A stretch of DNA of 63,904 nucleotides, the filler included, from Stramenopiles sp. TOSAG23-6 (taxonomy: Eukaryota): the NCBI GenBank assembly GCA_900128565.1. It is 4 parts of 4 records of this genome, joined end to end, with 100 filler letters (N's around TTAATTAATTAA, not from the genome) between each part and the next. Parts side by side here need not be neighbours in the genome. Positions count along the whole stretch, not along the records: positions 1 to 17,462 come from LT636079.1; 3 more parts are not named here. The stretch is one strand, 5' to 3'. The notes beneath the pieces were generated by a model, which made no database searches, had not been told where the DNA came from, and saw only the letters and a program-made list of their open reading frames with translations. Position numbers and translations under genes: made by a program. This document shows positions 1 through 11,205 of this stretch, piece by piece (position 1 is the stretch's first letter; each line of letters opens with the position of its first letter).

Positions 1-32
1 CTGTATACTTTTGAAAATATTTTCTTCATCAT

Positions 33-3000
33 TCATGGTCCATCTTCACCTGCTTCAGCAATCGCACTCGCAGCTTCAAGTAGTTGAATTATTTCCGCAT
101 AACCATACTTTGAAGCAATAAGCAATGGGGTACTTCCATAATTATCAGCATGATTGACATCAGCACCCTTTTCAAGAAGTAGTTGAACTACTCCCTCAAA
201 ACCCTTTTGAGAAGAAATAAGCAATGGCGTAACTCCGTTTTGTTTAGGCTGATTGACATTTGCACCTTTACCAAGAAGTAATCGAACTACTCCAACATGA
301 CCAACCTCTGAAGCAATCCACAATGGGGTAATTCCATCCATTTGAGCAAGATTGACATCAGCACCATTAGCGAGAAGTAATTCAACAACTTCTGTATGAC
401 CCTTTTGAGAAGCAAACGTCAATGGTATCAACACATTATTATCCGGTATATGAACGTCTGCACCGCCTAGCAATAAAGCTTTCACAATTTCTATATAGCC
501 ATTTCCAGAAGCAAACATCAATGGTGTCCAATCATCATTAGCCTTTGCTTCAGTATTTGCATGGCGTTCCAATAAAGCATTCACAGTTGCTGTATGGCCC
601 TTTGAAGCAGCCCAGATTAATGATGTCCAGCCCTTATGATCCTTTGCTTCAATATCTGGACCACGTTTCAATAAAGCAATCACAGTATCTGTTTCGCCAT
701 TTACAGAAGCAGCCATCAATGATGTAGTCCCAATATTATCCTCTGCTTCAATATTTGCATCGCGATCCAATAAAGCATTCACAGTTTCTGTTTTTCCTTT
801 TTGAGAAGCAATCATCAACGACGTCCATCCAGCATCATTCTTTGCTTCAATTGCTACACGGCGTTCCAATAAAGCATTCACAATTGCTGTATTGCCCTTA
901 TCAGAAGCAGCCATCAATGCTGTCCAACCAGTATTAGAATTTGCATTAATATTTGCACCACGTTTCAATAAAGCTTTCACAGTTTCTGTTTGGCCACGAA
1001 AACAAGCAGTCATCAATGAAGTTACGCCATTATTATCCTTTGCTTCAATATTTGCACCTCGTTCCAATAAAGCAATTACAGTTGCTGTATGACCATTGTC
1101 GGAAGCAGCCATCAATGACGTCAAGTCATTATCATCTTTTGCCTCAACATTTGCACCGTGTTCCAATAAAGTAATCACAGTATCTGTATGACCATTTTGA
1201 GAAGCAACCATCAATAATGTGACATAATTAACATCATTAAAATAACTTTCATTTACATCAAATGCATTGGTTGATAACAATGTCTTCAAACGACCCTTTT
1301 GGCCCGTCGTAACATAGTCAAGGAGTTGTACAGATAATACTGTATTTTTGGCCTTCTGTCGCTCTATGGCATTCCGGACTCCTCTTGTTTCCAATGCAGT
1401 GGCATAGTCTAATGCAGTTTTACCATGGTGATCTTTTATATCAAGTTTTGCCCCATTTTGGAGCAGCTTATCCACCACCGCGCGATGGTTATCTTTTGCA
1501 GCAAGAATCAAAGCAGTTTCCATCGACTTGTTCTGAATGTCTACATTAGCATTTTGTCGTAGCAATTCATATACATCTCGTTTAATGCCACGAATTGCTG
1601 CTCTCATTAAAGCAGTGTTGCCGTCCACATCAACAGCATTAATATCTAAATCAACTTGCCCGGTCGCCTTGCTTTTATGGACAGAGGTATGCCCGCTTGT
1701 TTTACCCTGAAAATTATCCAATGCTGATTCATTTACACCAAGTTCAAGAGCAATTTTTCGAAAAATTTCTTTCTTATCTGCAGACAAAGTCGCATTCTTA
1801 CCATACTCAATAAGTGCTTTTGAAGCATACATAGTAAGTCCAACAGGAATACAAGTCATCATATATGAAATTGTATCAGCTTTTGATTCAAATGTGCCGT
1901 TCAAACCTGCCACACAGTACTCTACAGTCTTGATTCTACCTTGTAGGTCTGGAGAATTTCCTTCCATAGCTAAGACTTGCGCTTGTTGTAATAGATACAT
2001 CTTGTATGATTGATCGAGGTCGTCGCCACTTTGCACCACAAGGAGAACATTTCTCATTGCAGTTTGTCTCTTTTGTGTTGCAGTAAGTTGTTCAAGCTGT
2101 AATATTGTAGTTAGGTCACTAGATGGTTCTGGTGAAAGGATAGTAACAATATTTCGGTCAGAAACTGTGACATCATGTGTTTTTTCAGGTTCTAGTTCTG
2201 GTTCGGGTTCCACGTGTCCCATTGCTGCTAACGGCTTCAACCAATGATCAATTACATATTTACTGAGCTCCTTCTCCCATATTGGTTGCGTCTCAAATAT
2301 AAACAAACGAGTCTTTGTTCGAGAGATTGCAGTATACAGTATTCTCAACTCGTATTCCATTGCATCATAATATCCTTCCCGTCGTAATTTGTCTTCCGCT
2401 GATTCACTAGTAGTATTCAGTAAGTGCCTCCAACTATGTTTAATCTGCTCAACAGATGATGAAAAGAAATTTACGAGAATCACATTTTCATACTCCAGTC
2501 CTTTCGCATTGTGCAAACTCACAGTATTGATTTGTAGATTATCATTCGTGCCAGGCGATGATCCACGCAAGCTTGCATTACTTCCATTACGACTAAATAA
2601 TGGATCGTTCAAAAACACTTGACGTTCTGCCTCGGTACGAAAGATCAGTGTCGCATTTGGTGCATCACCCAAAGCTGTGCGCATGTCCTGTAATGTACGT
2701 GGATGCGCATAGCCCCATATTACAGGAGGTACACCTGTTACAATACCGGAATCTTCGACTGCATTTGTAAGTTTGAATTGTGTCCTCAGAAGATTCTTTA
2801 CATGATTACCCATTTCCACAACCCCACTACTATTGCGATAATTAGTTTTCAATGTCTTTGGTTCTTTTGTCTCAGCATCTAATTTTACACGAGAAGAATT
2901 CTCAGATTCAACAAAGTATAAAATATCCTTGACATCTTCAACACGAAACATTACACCAGGAACGAGCTGTTGCACAACATCCCCGGCAAGAGTAAGCCTA

Positions 3001-4664
3001 TTTGGATTATTCCCCACAAGACGTAAAAATAGTAAGATCATAGCCGATGTTACATCTTGCACTTCATCTACGTATATACGAGTGAACTCATCAGTAGCCG
3101 TGCCGAGATGTGACAACACACAGTCGCCAATGTCAAGCCAAATTGGTTTGTCCTTGCCACCAAGTGTATCAAATTCCTTACTTCGTTTGTATGATTCATA
3201 TACTTCATAGACCTTGAAAATGCTTTCCAATATTTCATCTGATTGAGTCGTATTTTTCTTTGCACTCTCTTTATACTCCTTAAGATTAAGTGCTCTTCCA
3301 TTCTTTGCTGCAAGCACAGATCCTTTGATAATATGTTGTATATGCGCCCACACAACACTTGCAGGTTCATTTAATGCCGACTCTTTGCTATTGACCTTTG
3401 CAAGACTTTTAAACTCATTAAAACGGCTGGCAAACATTTCTTCAGTCACAAATGTAGCTTCATCTGCGGCTCCAGTAACGGATTGATCGATTTGTGCAAA
3501 TATCATACGTTCAGCCATTCCCTCTTCCATCGGCATGAGTTCCTTTTTAGTCTCTCGGGTTAGGTTGAGACTTCTCGAAAAGTATATTTGTTTGGACGCT
3601 TGGCTAGGATCAAGGTGTGCAGGTAAAATATGTTCTGGTTCCGGTTCTAGTTCTGGTGCTAGCTCCAATTCTACTACTTCCGGCATTCTATCACTCTCAA
3701 TCATTAGTGATAAAAGAAGTACAGTTTTACCAGTACCAGGTGGTGCATTAAGAAACAGAAATTTGCCTGTGTTGTGGTCACGAATTTTCTCTTGCTCCTC
3801 CTTTAGCTCGAGAAGTGCACGATAATTGTCCTTTTTGGATTGTCTCTCAAAGTACATTGGGTTTCCATTCGGAACAAAATTATAGTGTCTCTGCGTTTGT
3901 GTAGCTGCTGCTGCTTGATCATCATCTGCAGCATCCATAATTCCTACAGAACCTGATAATATTGCCTGTTCCGTTAATTCAACATATTTTTGAGAGTCGT
4001 CCTTCGAGACAGATCCCGACGCTCTAGCAATATTCTTATGATGTGGTATAAATCTTGTGACATTTACGATGTTGTTGTCGTAAAGTTCAAACTCAAGCCT
4101 GGCACCACCATGCTTTTGCCCGATTCGAACTTTACGTATTCTTGCGTTCATACCATGATGACCTTGAACAGTGTTGGCATGACCACGGCTAAAATCTCCT
4201 TCACTTATATATTGTAAATGTTTAAAAAATGATTTCTTCGCTTCTTTTGTGGCTACATTGTTGATGAAGTCCAAGATGTCACCATTAACGCGAATCGTAT
4301 ATTGTGAAGTCGTGTTTTGTCTGTGTGACAACTCATTTTCATGCGGCAGCTCAATTTTTTTATCGAGAAAAACAGCGATTTCTTCTCCTTCAGGTTCTGG
4401 ATGATCAAGTGCAGATTCAGGTTCTGGATGGATAGGTTCCGGTTTAGTAACTTGATGTATGTCCTCTCTAGTGCTGGCATCAAGCCAGGCGTAAAAGTCA
4501 GTGGAACCTTGAGCTAATTGTAAGAGACTAATCCAGTCATCATTGTTCCCACTTGTTACCTGAGGTTTATGCCGTTTTTTCTTCTGTTTCTTCTTATTCC
4601 CCTTCTTGGATGCAATAACTATAATGCAGGTAACCATAAGAATCAGTATTATAATGGGTCTCAT
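33..4664 (-). CDS. TRANK1-like protein: N-terminal hydrophobic segment, RelE-like domain, UvrD-type SF1 helicase, long ankyrin array (mirror copy)
   Basis: Reverse complement of 12799..17430. Confidence 0.85.
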   Translation of the reverse strand: MRPIIILILMVTCIIVIASKKGNKKKQKKKRHKPQVTSGNNDDWISLLQLAQGSTDFYAWLDASTREDIHQVTKPEPIHPEPESALDHPEPEGEEIAVFLDKKIELPHENELSHRQNTTSQYTIRVNGDILDFINNVATKEAKKSFFKHLQYISEGDFSRGHANTVQGHHGMNARIRKVRIGQKHGGARLEFELYDNNIVNVTRFIPHHKNIARASGSVSKDDSQKYVELTEQAILSGSVGIMDAADDDQAAAATQTQRHYNFVPNGNPMYFERQSKKDNYRALLELKEEQEKIRDHNTGKFLFLNAPPGTGKTVLLLSLMIESDRMPEVVELELAPELEPEPEHILPAHLDPSQASKQIYFSRSLNLTRETKKELMPMEEGMAERMIFAQIDQSVTGAADEATFVTEEMFASRFNEFKSLAKVNSKESALNEPASVVWAHIQHIIKGSVLAAKNGRALNLKEYKESAKKNTTQSDEILESIFKVYEVYESYKRSKEFDTLGGKDKPIWLDIGDCVLSHLGTATDEFTRIYVDEVQDVTSAMILLFLRLVGNNPNRLTLAGDVVQQLVPGVMFRVEDVKDILYFVESENSSRVKLDAETKEPKTLKTNYRNSSGVVEMGNHVKNLLRTQFKLTNAVEDSGIVTGVPPVIWGYAHPRTLQDMRTALGDAPNATLIFRTEAERQVFLNDPLFSRNGSNASLRGSSPGTNDNLQINTVSLHNAKGLEYENVILVNFFSSSVEQIKHSWRHLLNTTSESAEDKLRREGYYDAMEYELRILYTAISRTKTRLFIFETQPIWEKELSKYVIDHWLKPLAAMGHVEPEPELEPEKTHDVTVSDRNIVTILSPEPSSDLTTILQLEQLTATQKRQTAMRNVLLVVQSGDDLDQSYKMYLLQQAQVLAMEGNSPDLQGRIKTVEYCVAGLNGTFESKADTISYMMTCIPVGLTMYASKALIEYGKNATLSADKKEIFRKIALELGVNESALDNFQGKTSGHTSVHKSKATGQVDLDINAVDVDGNTALMRAAIRGIKRDVYELLRQNANVDIQNKSMETALILAAKDNHRAVVDKLLQNGAKLDIKDHHGKTALDYATALETRGVRNAIERQKAKNTVLSVQLLDYVTTGQKGRLKTLLSTNAFDVNESYFNDVNYVTLLMVASQNGHTDTVITLLEHGANVEAKDDNDLTSLMAASDNGHTATVIALLERGANIEAKDNNGVTSLMTACFRGQTETVKALLKRGANINANSNTGWTALMAASDKGNTAIVNALLERRVAIEAKNDAGWTSLMIASQKGKTETVNALLDRDANIEAEDNIGTTSLMAASVNGETDTVIALLKRGPDIEAKDHKGWTSLIWAASKGHTATVNALLERHANTEAKANDDWTPLMFASGNGYIEIVKALLLGGADVHIPDNNVLIPLTFASQKGHTEVVELLLANGADVNLAQMDGITPLWIASEVGHVGVVRLLLGKGANVNQPKQNGVTPLLISSQKGFEGVVQLLLEKGADVNHADNYGSTPLLIASKYGYAEIIQLLEAASAIAEAGEDGP

Positions 4665-4833
4665 AATTGATATTTGGTAATGATATTTCCTTGAATGTTT
4701 CAGAACGAAGGACACGTACGCTGGGGGGCTTTGTGGTGGGTATGGTGCGCGCTGACTCGATCGATGTGGTATAGGAGTAAAACACGTATCTCGAAAAATC
4801 ACAAATATTGTTCTTTACTTATGTATTAAAATT

Positions 4834-6257
4834 TTATTTTTTTTCATTAAGCAAACTCTTCAATTCTTCACTGAAAAAATCCTCTGGTGACTCTCCCTCA
4901 TCGTCTTTTATTGTTGGATCTGCGCCAGCTTGGATTAGTAAAAGTGCAACTTGACTATGCTCACAGCAGCAAGCCATGTTGGTGAAAAAATATGCCACAC
5001 AAAAAAATCGTTAGGTATGGAATTTCGTACTAAAAAAAAAAAAAATCATCATGAAAACGTACATACTCAGTGGTGTGACACCAGTAGAATCCTTTGTATC
5101 AATTGTAGCCCCTCTTCGCAAACACAATTTTACAAGATTTAAATGCATTGTGAAAGAATACTTCAACAAATTAATTTTTTTTTCGTAAGTACAAAATTTG
5201 GTACAAAAAAATAAAAAAAAATCATTAGGTACAAAATATCGTACCAAAAAAAAATGAAAAACATGATGAAAACGTACATGACCTCGGTCACAAGACCAAT
5301 GAAGAACTGTCCCGCCATCGCCATCTTTTGCGTTTATATGTATTTTGGAAAAATATTTGAAATTTTTTTCGTTAGGTACAAAATTTCGTATGAAAAAACA
5401 ATTTCGAATTTGAAAAAAAATAAAACATACATCTGCGCCTTCATCAAGTAACTTTTCTACGGTAGATAAATCTCCATTACTTGCATAATAAAAAATATCC
5501 TTTTTAGAGTTATGATTTTCTTGTGTACTCGGATCAAATTGTAACGTACTTTGAACAGGACCCATTAGCCCCCCTTGTTTCTTTGTTTGAGTAGGGTTAG
5601 GGTTAGTGCTGGGTGGGACTTTTACGTTGGATAAATTATCTTTCATTAGCCCTTGTTTCTTTGTTTGAGTAGGGTTAGGGTTAGTACTGGGTGGGACTTT
5701 TACGTTGGATAAATTATCTTTCATATTATTATTTACAGCTAGTCTTTCGATTTGTTTTATATATAGTTCCATGTATTTTGGAAAAATATTTCAAAAAAAA
5801 AACGTTAGGTACGAAATTTCGTACGGAAAAAAAACTCGAAATTGAAAAAAAATAAAACATACATTGCTACATTTTGTGGCATATTTCCAAGAGCGAACCA
5901 GGCGTCAAACTTTGCGCGTGCACGAAATTCGAATAGTGCAGGTCGTTCGCCTGTACACTTTCCGTATTTAGACTGTTTGAAGAATGCATATAGCTGCAGT
6001 TGCTCTTCTGTCGAAATTGATGATATCAATCCTGCGTGTTTCACAGCAGCATCAAATCTGCTCTTAAGAAGATTGTCTTTCTTTTCATTTGATACTGCGG
6101 CATCTTTCGTTGTTTTGATCGCTTGGCGTTTTTTCGCTATTTTATGACGAAAATAATTCCAGAATACATACGATATAATAACACTAAATGTTGATGCTGC
6201 TACTGACTTACATGATAGCCACTCCAATACTATGTGTAAACGATCTTTGAGTAACAT
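4834..6257 (-). CDS. Acyl-CoA-binding domain + ankyrin repeat protein, ACBD6-like, 5 exons (mirror copy)
   Basis: Mirror of 11206..12629. Introns at 5771-5862, 5338-5430, 5143-5277, 4976-5062. Confidence 0.85.
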
Positions 6258-6700
6258 GACTGAATGCTTTTTCGTAAAATTTGTATGTGCTGGTATATCT
6301 AGTTAATATCGTCAAGGTTGGCTTTTCTTCAGCTCAGCGATCAGAATAGTATAGCCGCACACACAAGCTAACAACTTATATTTGAAAGGATGAACGACTG
6401 ATTATTTACCTATATATTCGTTGCGCGGCAATATTCGTTTTTAAATTTTTCAAAAGTAGAATTTCGATTTTTATCGATTTTTGGCGGTCACAAAATTTCT
6501 CCTTGACAGACGGAAGGAAGGAGGAACGACAGGAAATTAAGTATACAAGTAAAACTTTGCTAAAACTTTGTTCCCTTTGTTTTGGGCATTTATAGGATCA
6601 ATCAAAGAAAATTGTTCAAAGGACAAACCCTTTCACATTAACTCCTGTCAAGGATTCGTTTGAGAAGAAAGTAGGAGATAGAACAAATCCTATCGGTAGG

Positions 6701-7459
6701 ATGCCTGGAGCTCTGGAAATGTTTGAAAGGGAGCCTAGAGCAAAAAAAGAGGACACTGAAAATCCAATGCCTACTGGAGGTATGAATCTAGGTTTGAATG
6801 CAGGATTTCAATTAGGGGAGAATTCTGTAATAGGTAAAAGAACATGTATTGTAGTTGATATGCGTAATGGAGCGGCTGCACCAGCTACCTCAAACAAAAG
6901 TACAAAAAATTCAAAGTCAAAAAAAACTAATTCAGCAAAAGTTCCAGGTTGCTCGGATAAGGTTGAAGTAGGTTATTTTTTTCTTCTTTTGTCAGCGTTG
7001 CTTGTTTATATTGCAATCGGTATAATTGCAGGAAAACCAGGAAATGGTGATTTAAAGAAAAGTGTTCACTGTTGTGCTCCTTTTCACATAGTATTTGGGG
7101 CAATAGGTTGGTGGTTCCCGCCTCTTTTTCTTTTCTTTGTGTTTTATCAAATTGCCGATCATTATGGATTTTGGTGGAAAGAGCCTCTCTATCAATTTCA
7201 CGATGAACAAGAGAGTTGGATGGAAACTTTTACTGATGTATTAGAATATTTTGTTGGCCTTTTTCTTGTTGAAGTATGTCGATGGGTTCGTCCTTTACGT
7301 TTTAGTTGTATGAAACTTTGTTGGCTTCATTGGAGACGGACAGGTCGTTGTACTGACGCTCCTCCATTTTGTATTCACAACTGTTGCACATCTTGTGTTG
7401 ATCGTTTTGAAGATGTTCTTGAGGAACATACTGTTATTAAAGTGAAAGAAGTATCATAG
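6701..7459 (+). CDS. Hypothetical multi-pass membrane protein, intronless
   Basis: 252-aa ATG-started ORF with several hydrophobic segments and a Cys-rich C-terminus. Confidence 0.7.
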   Translation: MPGALEMFEREPRAKKEDTENPMPTGGMNLGLNAGFQLGENSVIGKRTCIVVDMRNGAAAPATSNKSTKNSKSKKTNSAKVPGCSDKVEVGYFFLLLSALLVYIAIGIIAGKPGNGDLKKSVHCCAPFHIVFGAIGWWFPPLFLFFVFYQIADHYGFWWKEPLYQFHDEQESWMETFTDVLEYFVGLFLVEVCRWVRPLRFSCMKLCWLHWRRTGRCTDAPPFCIHNCCTSCVDRFEDVLEEHTVIKVKEVS

Positions 7460-7616
7460 CAGTTGAAATGTGAAACTAATGTAATTGTTCCAAAAATGAG
7501 TGAGAAGTGTTGTTTACGTAGATTTAAATTTTTGGGAGTCAGTGCCACGTGTGACCAAATATTAATCCAGCTACTACAGGCCGGTACTCTACACTACAGT
7601 AGAAAAAAATAGAATT

Positions 7617-8731
7617 ATGACAAAATCTACTAGCACTTTTCAATGGTTAGCTGCTGCATCTGCTACTCTTACTATTGCTACAAGTATTTTCTATTTTTGG
7701 CAACGTAGAATTGCTAAAAAATATAAAAAGACGGAGGATATAGTTAATGGCGAGGCAATCTTTGTAAAAGAACGAATGACAATGATAATAACAACTTCAC
7801 CTACCCAGTCAAACCCCTCAACATCTCTGATTGAAGAACTGTTTCATTCATTTTCCTATGTACCTGAATTAAAGCACTGCCATAAAATTATTGTTTGTGA
7901 TGGCATAAAAATTGCTCACGAAGGTCGCAAGTCTAAATATCGTAGTGGAATCATTACAACCAAAGCTCTCGCGGCATACAACTTATACTTGAAAAAAATT
8001 CGTCAGCTCGCTACACGTGAGGAAGGTCAGTGGACAAATGTTCAGATTTTGGAACTAAATAATAGGAATGGTTTTGGTTTTGCTGTTAAAGAGGCACTAG
8101 AAAAGGTAAAAACTGACTATGTCATGGTCTGTCAACATGTACGTTTTCATCATTTTGATTTCAATTTTTTTTTTTGGTATGAAATTTTGTACCTAACGAT
8201 TTTTTTTTGACATTTTTTTTTTTCACACAACATGACCGACTATTTGGACAAAAATGGCACGGTTTGCCAATGACCCTTCGTGCTCTAGAAGCATTTCACG
8301 ACGAAGTTAGTTTTATTGGTCTGCCAACTAATTCTACACGTGATTATATTCATCGTATGCGTGTATGTTTTAATTTCAATTTTTTACATATTTTTTTTTT
8401 CGTACGAAATTTTGTACCTAACAAATTTTAGTTTTTTTTGAAATATTTTTTCACAATACATAGTCGATTTCATATCGATCTCTCAAAAAAGTGGAAGCAC
8501 TTTAAAGGTGGAGTAAAATTATTACCAATGCTCGTTTGGTTAGATAGTACTCATATAGCATCCGTTCAGTACTATAGAGATTTCGTGTTTAATAAAGATC
8601 GAAAATTGGTCTCAAAAGGTGGTTTTATGTATGTTTTCAATTTTTTTTTTTTTTTTTTTTAGTATGAAATTTTGTACATAAAAAAAAAAAAATTTAAAAT
8701 TATACGTAACAAAAAAAACGAATTCAAAAAA
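7617..8731 (+). CDS. Putative GT-A-fold glycosyltransferase-like protein, 3'-truncated at the fold-back axis
   Basis: N-terminal TM segment, then IITTSP, IIVCDG, GFGFAV and VMVCQHD motifs. Removing introns 8139-8233 and 8363-8461 (both GT..AT) gives a continuous frame. A third intron starts at 8629. Confidence 0.65.
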
Positions 8732-9846
8732 TTTTTTGAATTCGTTTTTTTTGTTACGTATAATTTTAAATTTTTTTTTTTTTATGTACAAAATTTCATA
8801 CTAAAAAAAAAAAAAAAAAAAATTGAAAACATACATAAAACCACCTTTTGAGACCAATTTTCGATCTTTATTAAACACGAAATCTCTATAGTACTGAACG
8901 GATGCTATATGAGTACTATCTAACCAAACGAGCATTGGTAATAATTTTACTCCACCTTTAAAGTGCTTCCACTTTTTTGAGAGATCGATATGAAATCGAC
9001 TATGTATTGTGAAAAAATATTTCAAAAAAAACTAAAATTTGTTAGGTACAAAATTTCGTACGAAAAAAAAAATATGTAAAAAATTGAAATTAAAACATAC
9101 ACGCATACGATGAATATAATCACGTGTAGAATTAGTTGGCAGACCAATAAAACTAACTTCGTCGTGAAATGCTTCTAGAGCACGAAGGGTCATTGGCAAA
9201 CCGTGCCATTTTTGTCCAAATAGTCGGTCATGTTGTGTGAAAAAAAAAAATGTCAAAAAAAAATCGTTAGGTACAAAATTTCATACCAAAAAAAAAAATT
9301 GAAATCAAAATGATGAAAACGTACATGTTGACAGACCATGACATAGTCAGTTTTTACCTTTTCTAGTGCCTCTTTAACAGCAAAACCAAAACCATTCCTA
9401 TTATTTAGTTCCAAAATCTGAACATTTGTCCACTGACCTTCCTCACGTGTAGCGAGCTGACGAATTTTTTTCAAGTATAAGTTGTATGCCGCGAGAGCTT
9501 TGGTTGTAATGATTCCACTACGATATTTAGACTTGCGACCTTCGTGAGCAATTTTTATGCCATCACAAACAATAATTTTATGGCAGTGCTTTAATTCAGG
9601 TACATAGGAAAATGAATGAAACAGTTCTTCAATCAGAGATGTTGAGGGGTTTGACTGGGTAGGTGAAGTTGTTATTATCATTGTCATTCGTTCTTTTACA
9701 AAGATTGCCTCGCCATTAACTATATCCTCCGTCTTTTTATATTTTTTAGCAATTCTACGTTGCCAAAAATAGAAAATACTTGTAGCAATAGTAAGAGTAG
9801 CAGATGCAGCAGCTAACCATTGAAAAGTGCTAGTAGATTTTGTCAT
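8732..9846 (-). CDS. Mirror copy of the putative glycosyltransferase-like gene
   Basis: Reverse complement of 7617..8731. Confidence 0.65.
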
Positions 9847-10003
9847 AATTCTATTTTTTTCTACTGTAGTGTAGAGTACCGGCCTGTAGTAGCTGGATTA
9901 ATATTTGGTCACACGTGGCACTGACTCCCAAAAATTTAAATCTACGTAAACAACACTTCTCACTCATTTTTGGAACAATTACATTAGTTTCACATTTCAA
10001 CTG

Positions 10004-10762
10004 CTATGATACTTCTTTCACTTTAATAACAGTATGTTCCTCAAGAACATCTTCAAAACGATCAACACAAGATGTGCAACAGTTGTGAATACAAAATGGA
10101 GGAGCGTCAGTACAACGACCTGTCCGTCTCCAATGAAGCCAACAAAGTTTCATACAACTAAAACGTAAAGGACGAACCCATCGACATACTTCAACAAGAA
10201 AAAGGCCAACAAAATATTCTAATACATCAGTAAAAGTTTCCATCCAACTCTCTTGTTCATCGTGAAATTGATAGAGAGGCTCTTTCCACCAAAATCCATA
10301 ATGATCGGCAATTTGATAAAACACAAAGAAAAGAAAAAGAGGCGGGAACCACCAACCTATTGCCCCAAATACTATGTGAAAAGGAGCACAACAGTGAACA
10401 CTTTTCTTTAAATCACCATTTCCTGGTTTTCCTGCAATTATACCGATTGCAATATAAACAAGCAACGCTGACAAAAGAAGAAAAAAATAACCTACTTCAA
10501 CCTTATCCGAGCAACCTGGAACTTTTGCTGAATTAGTTTTTTTTGACTTTGAATTTTTTGTACTTTTGTTTGAGGTAGCTGGTGCAGCCGCTCCATTACG
10601 CATATCAACTACAATACATGTTCTTTTACCTATTACAGAATTCTCCCCTAATTGAAATCCTGCATTCAAACCTAGATTCATACCTCCAGTAGGCATTGGA
10701 TTTTCAGTGTCCTCTTTTTTTGCTCTAGGCTCCCTTTCAAACATTTCCAGAGCTCCAGGCAT
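10004..10762 (-). CDS. Mirror copy of the hypothetical membrane protein
   Basis: Reverse complement of 6701..7459. Confidence 0.7.
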   Translation of the reverse strand: MPGALEMFEREPRAKKEDTENPMPTGGMNLGLNAGFQLGENSVIGKRTCIVVDMRNGAAAPATSNKSTKNSKSKKTNSAKVPGCSDKVEVGYFFLLLSALLVYIAIGIIAGKPGNGDLKKSVHCCAPFHIVFGAIGWWFPPLFLFFVFYQIADHYGFWWKEPLYQFHDEQESWMETFTDVLEYFVGLFLVEVCRWVRPLRFSCMKLCWLHWRRTGRCTDAPPFCIHNCCTSCVDRFEDVLEEHTVIKVKEVS

Positions 10763-11205
10763 CCTACCGATAGGATTTGTTCTATCTCCTACTTTCTTCT
10801 CAAACGAATCCTTGACAGGAGTTAATGTGAAAGGGTTTGTCCTTTGAACAATTTTCTTTGATTGATCCTATAAATGCCCAAAACAAAGGGAACAAAGTTT
10901 TAGCAAAGTTTTACTTGTATACTTAATTTCCTGTCGTTCCTCCTTCCTTCCGTCTGTCAAGGAGAAATTTTGTGACCGCCAAAAATCGATAAAAATCGAA
11001 ATTCTACTTTTGAAAAATTTAAAAACGAATATTGCCGCGCAACGAATATATAGGTAAATAATCAGTCGTTCATCCTTTCAAATATAAGTTGTTAGCTTGT
11101 GTGTGCGGCTATACTATTCTGATCGCTGAGCTGAAGAAAAGCCAACCTTGACGATATTAACTAGATATACCAGCACATACAAATTTTACGAAAAAGCATT
11201 CAGTC

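Noticed and set aside
545-1174. Short antisense ORFs with repeated motifs over the ankyrin array
   Set aside because: Shadows of the 99-bp ankyrin periodicity.
5011-5772. Recurring peptides such as [19 protein letters not shown] and KYFSKIH as a protein domain
   Set aside because: They are translations of the intron consensus in different frames.
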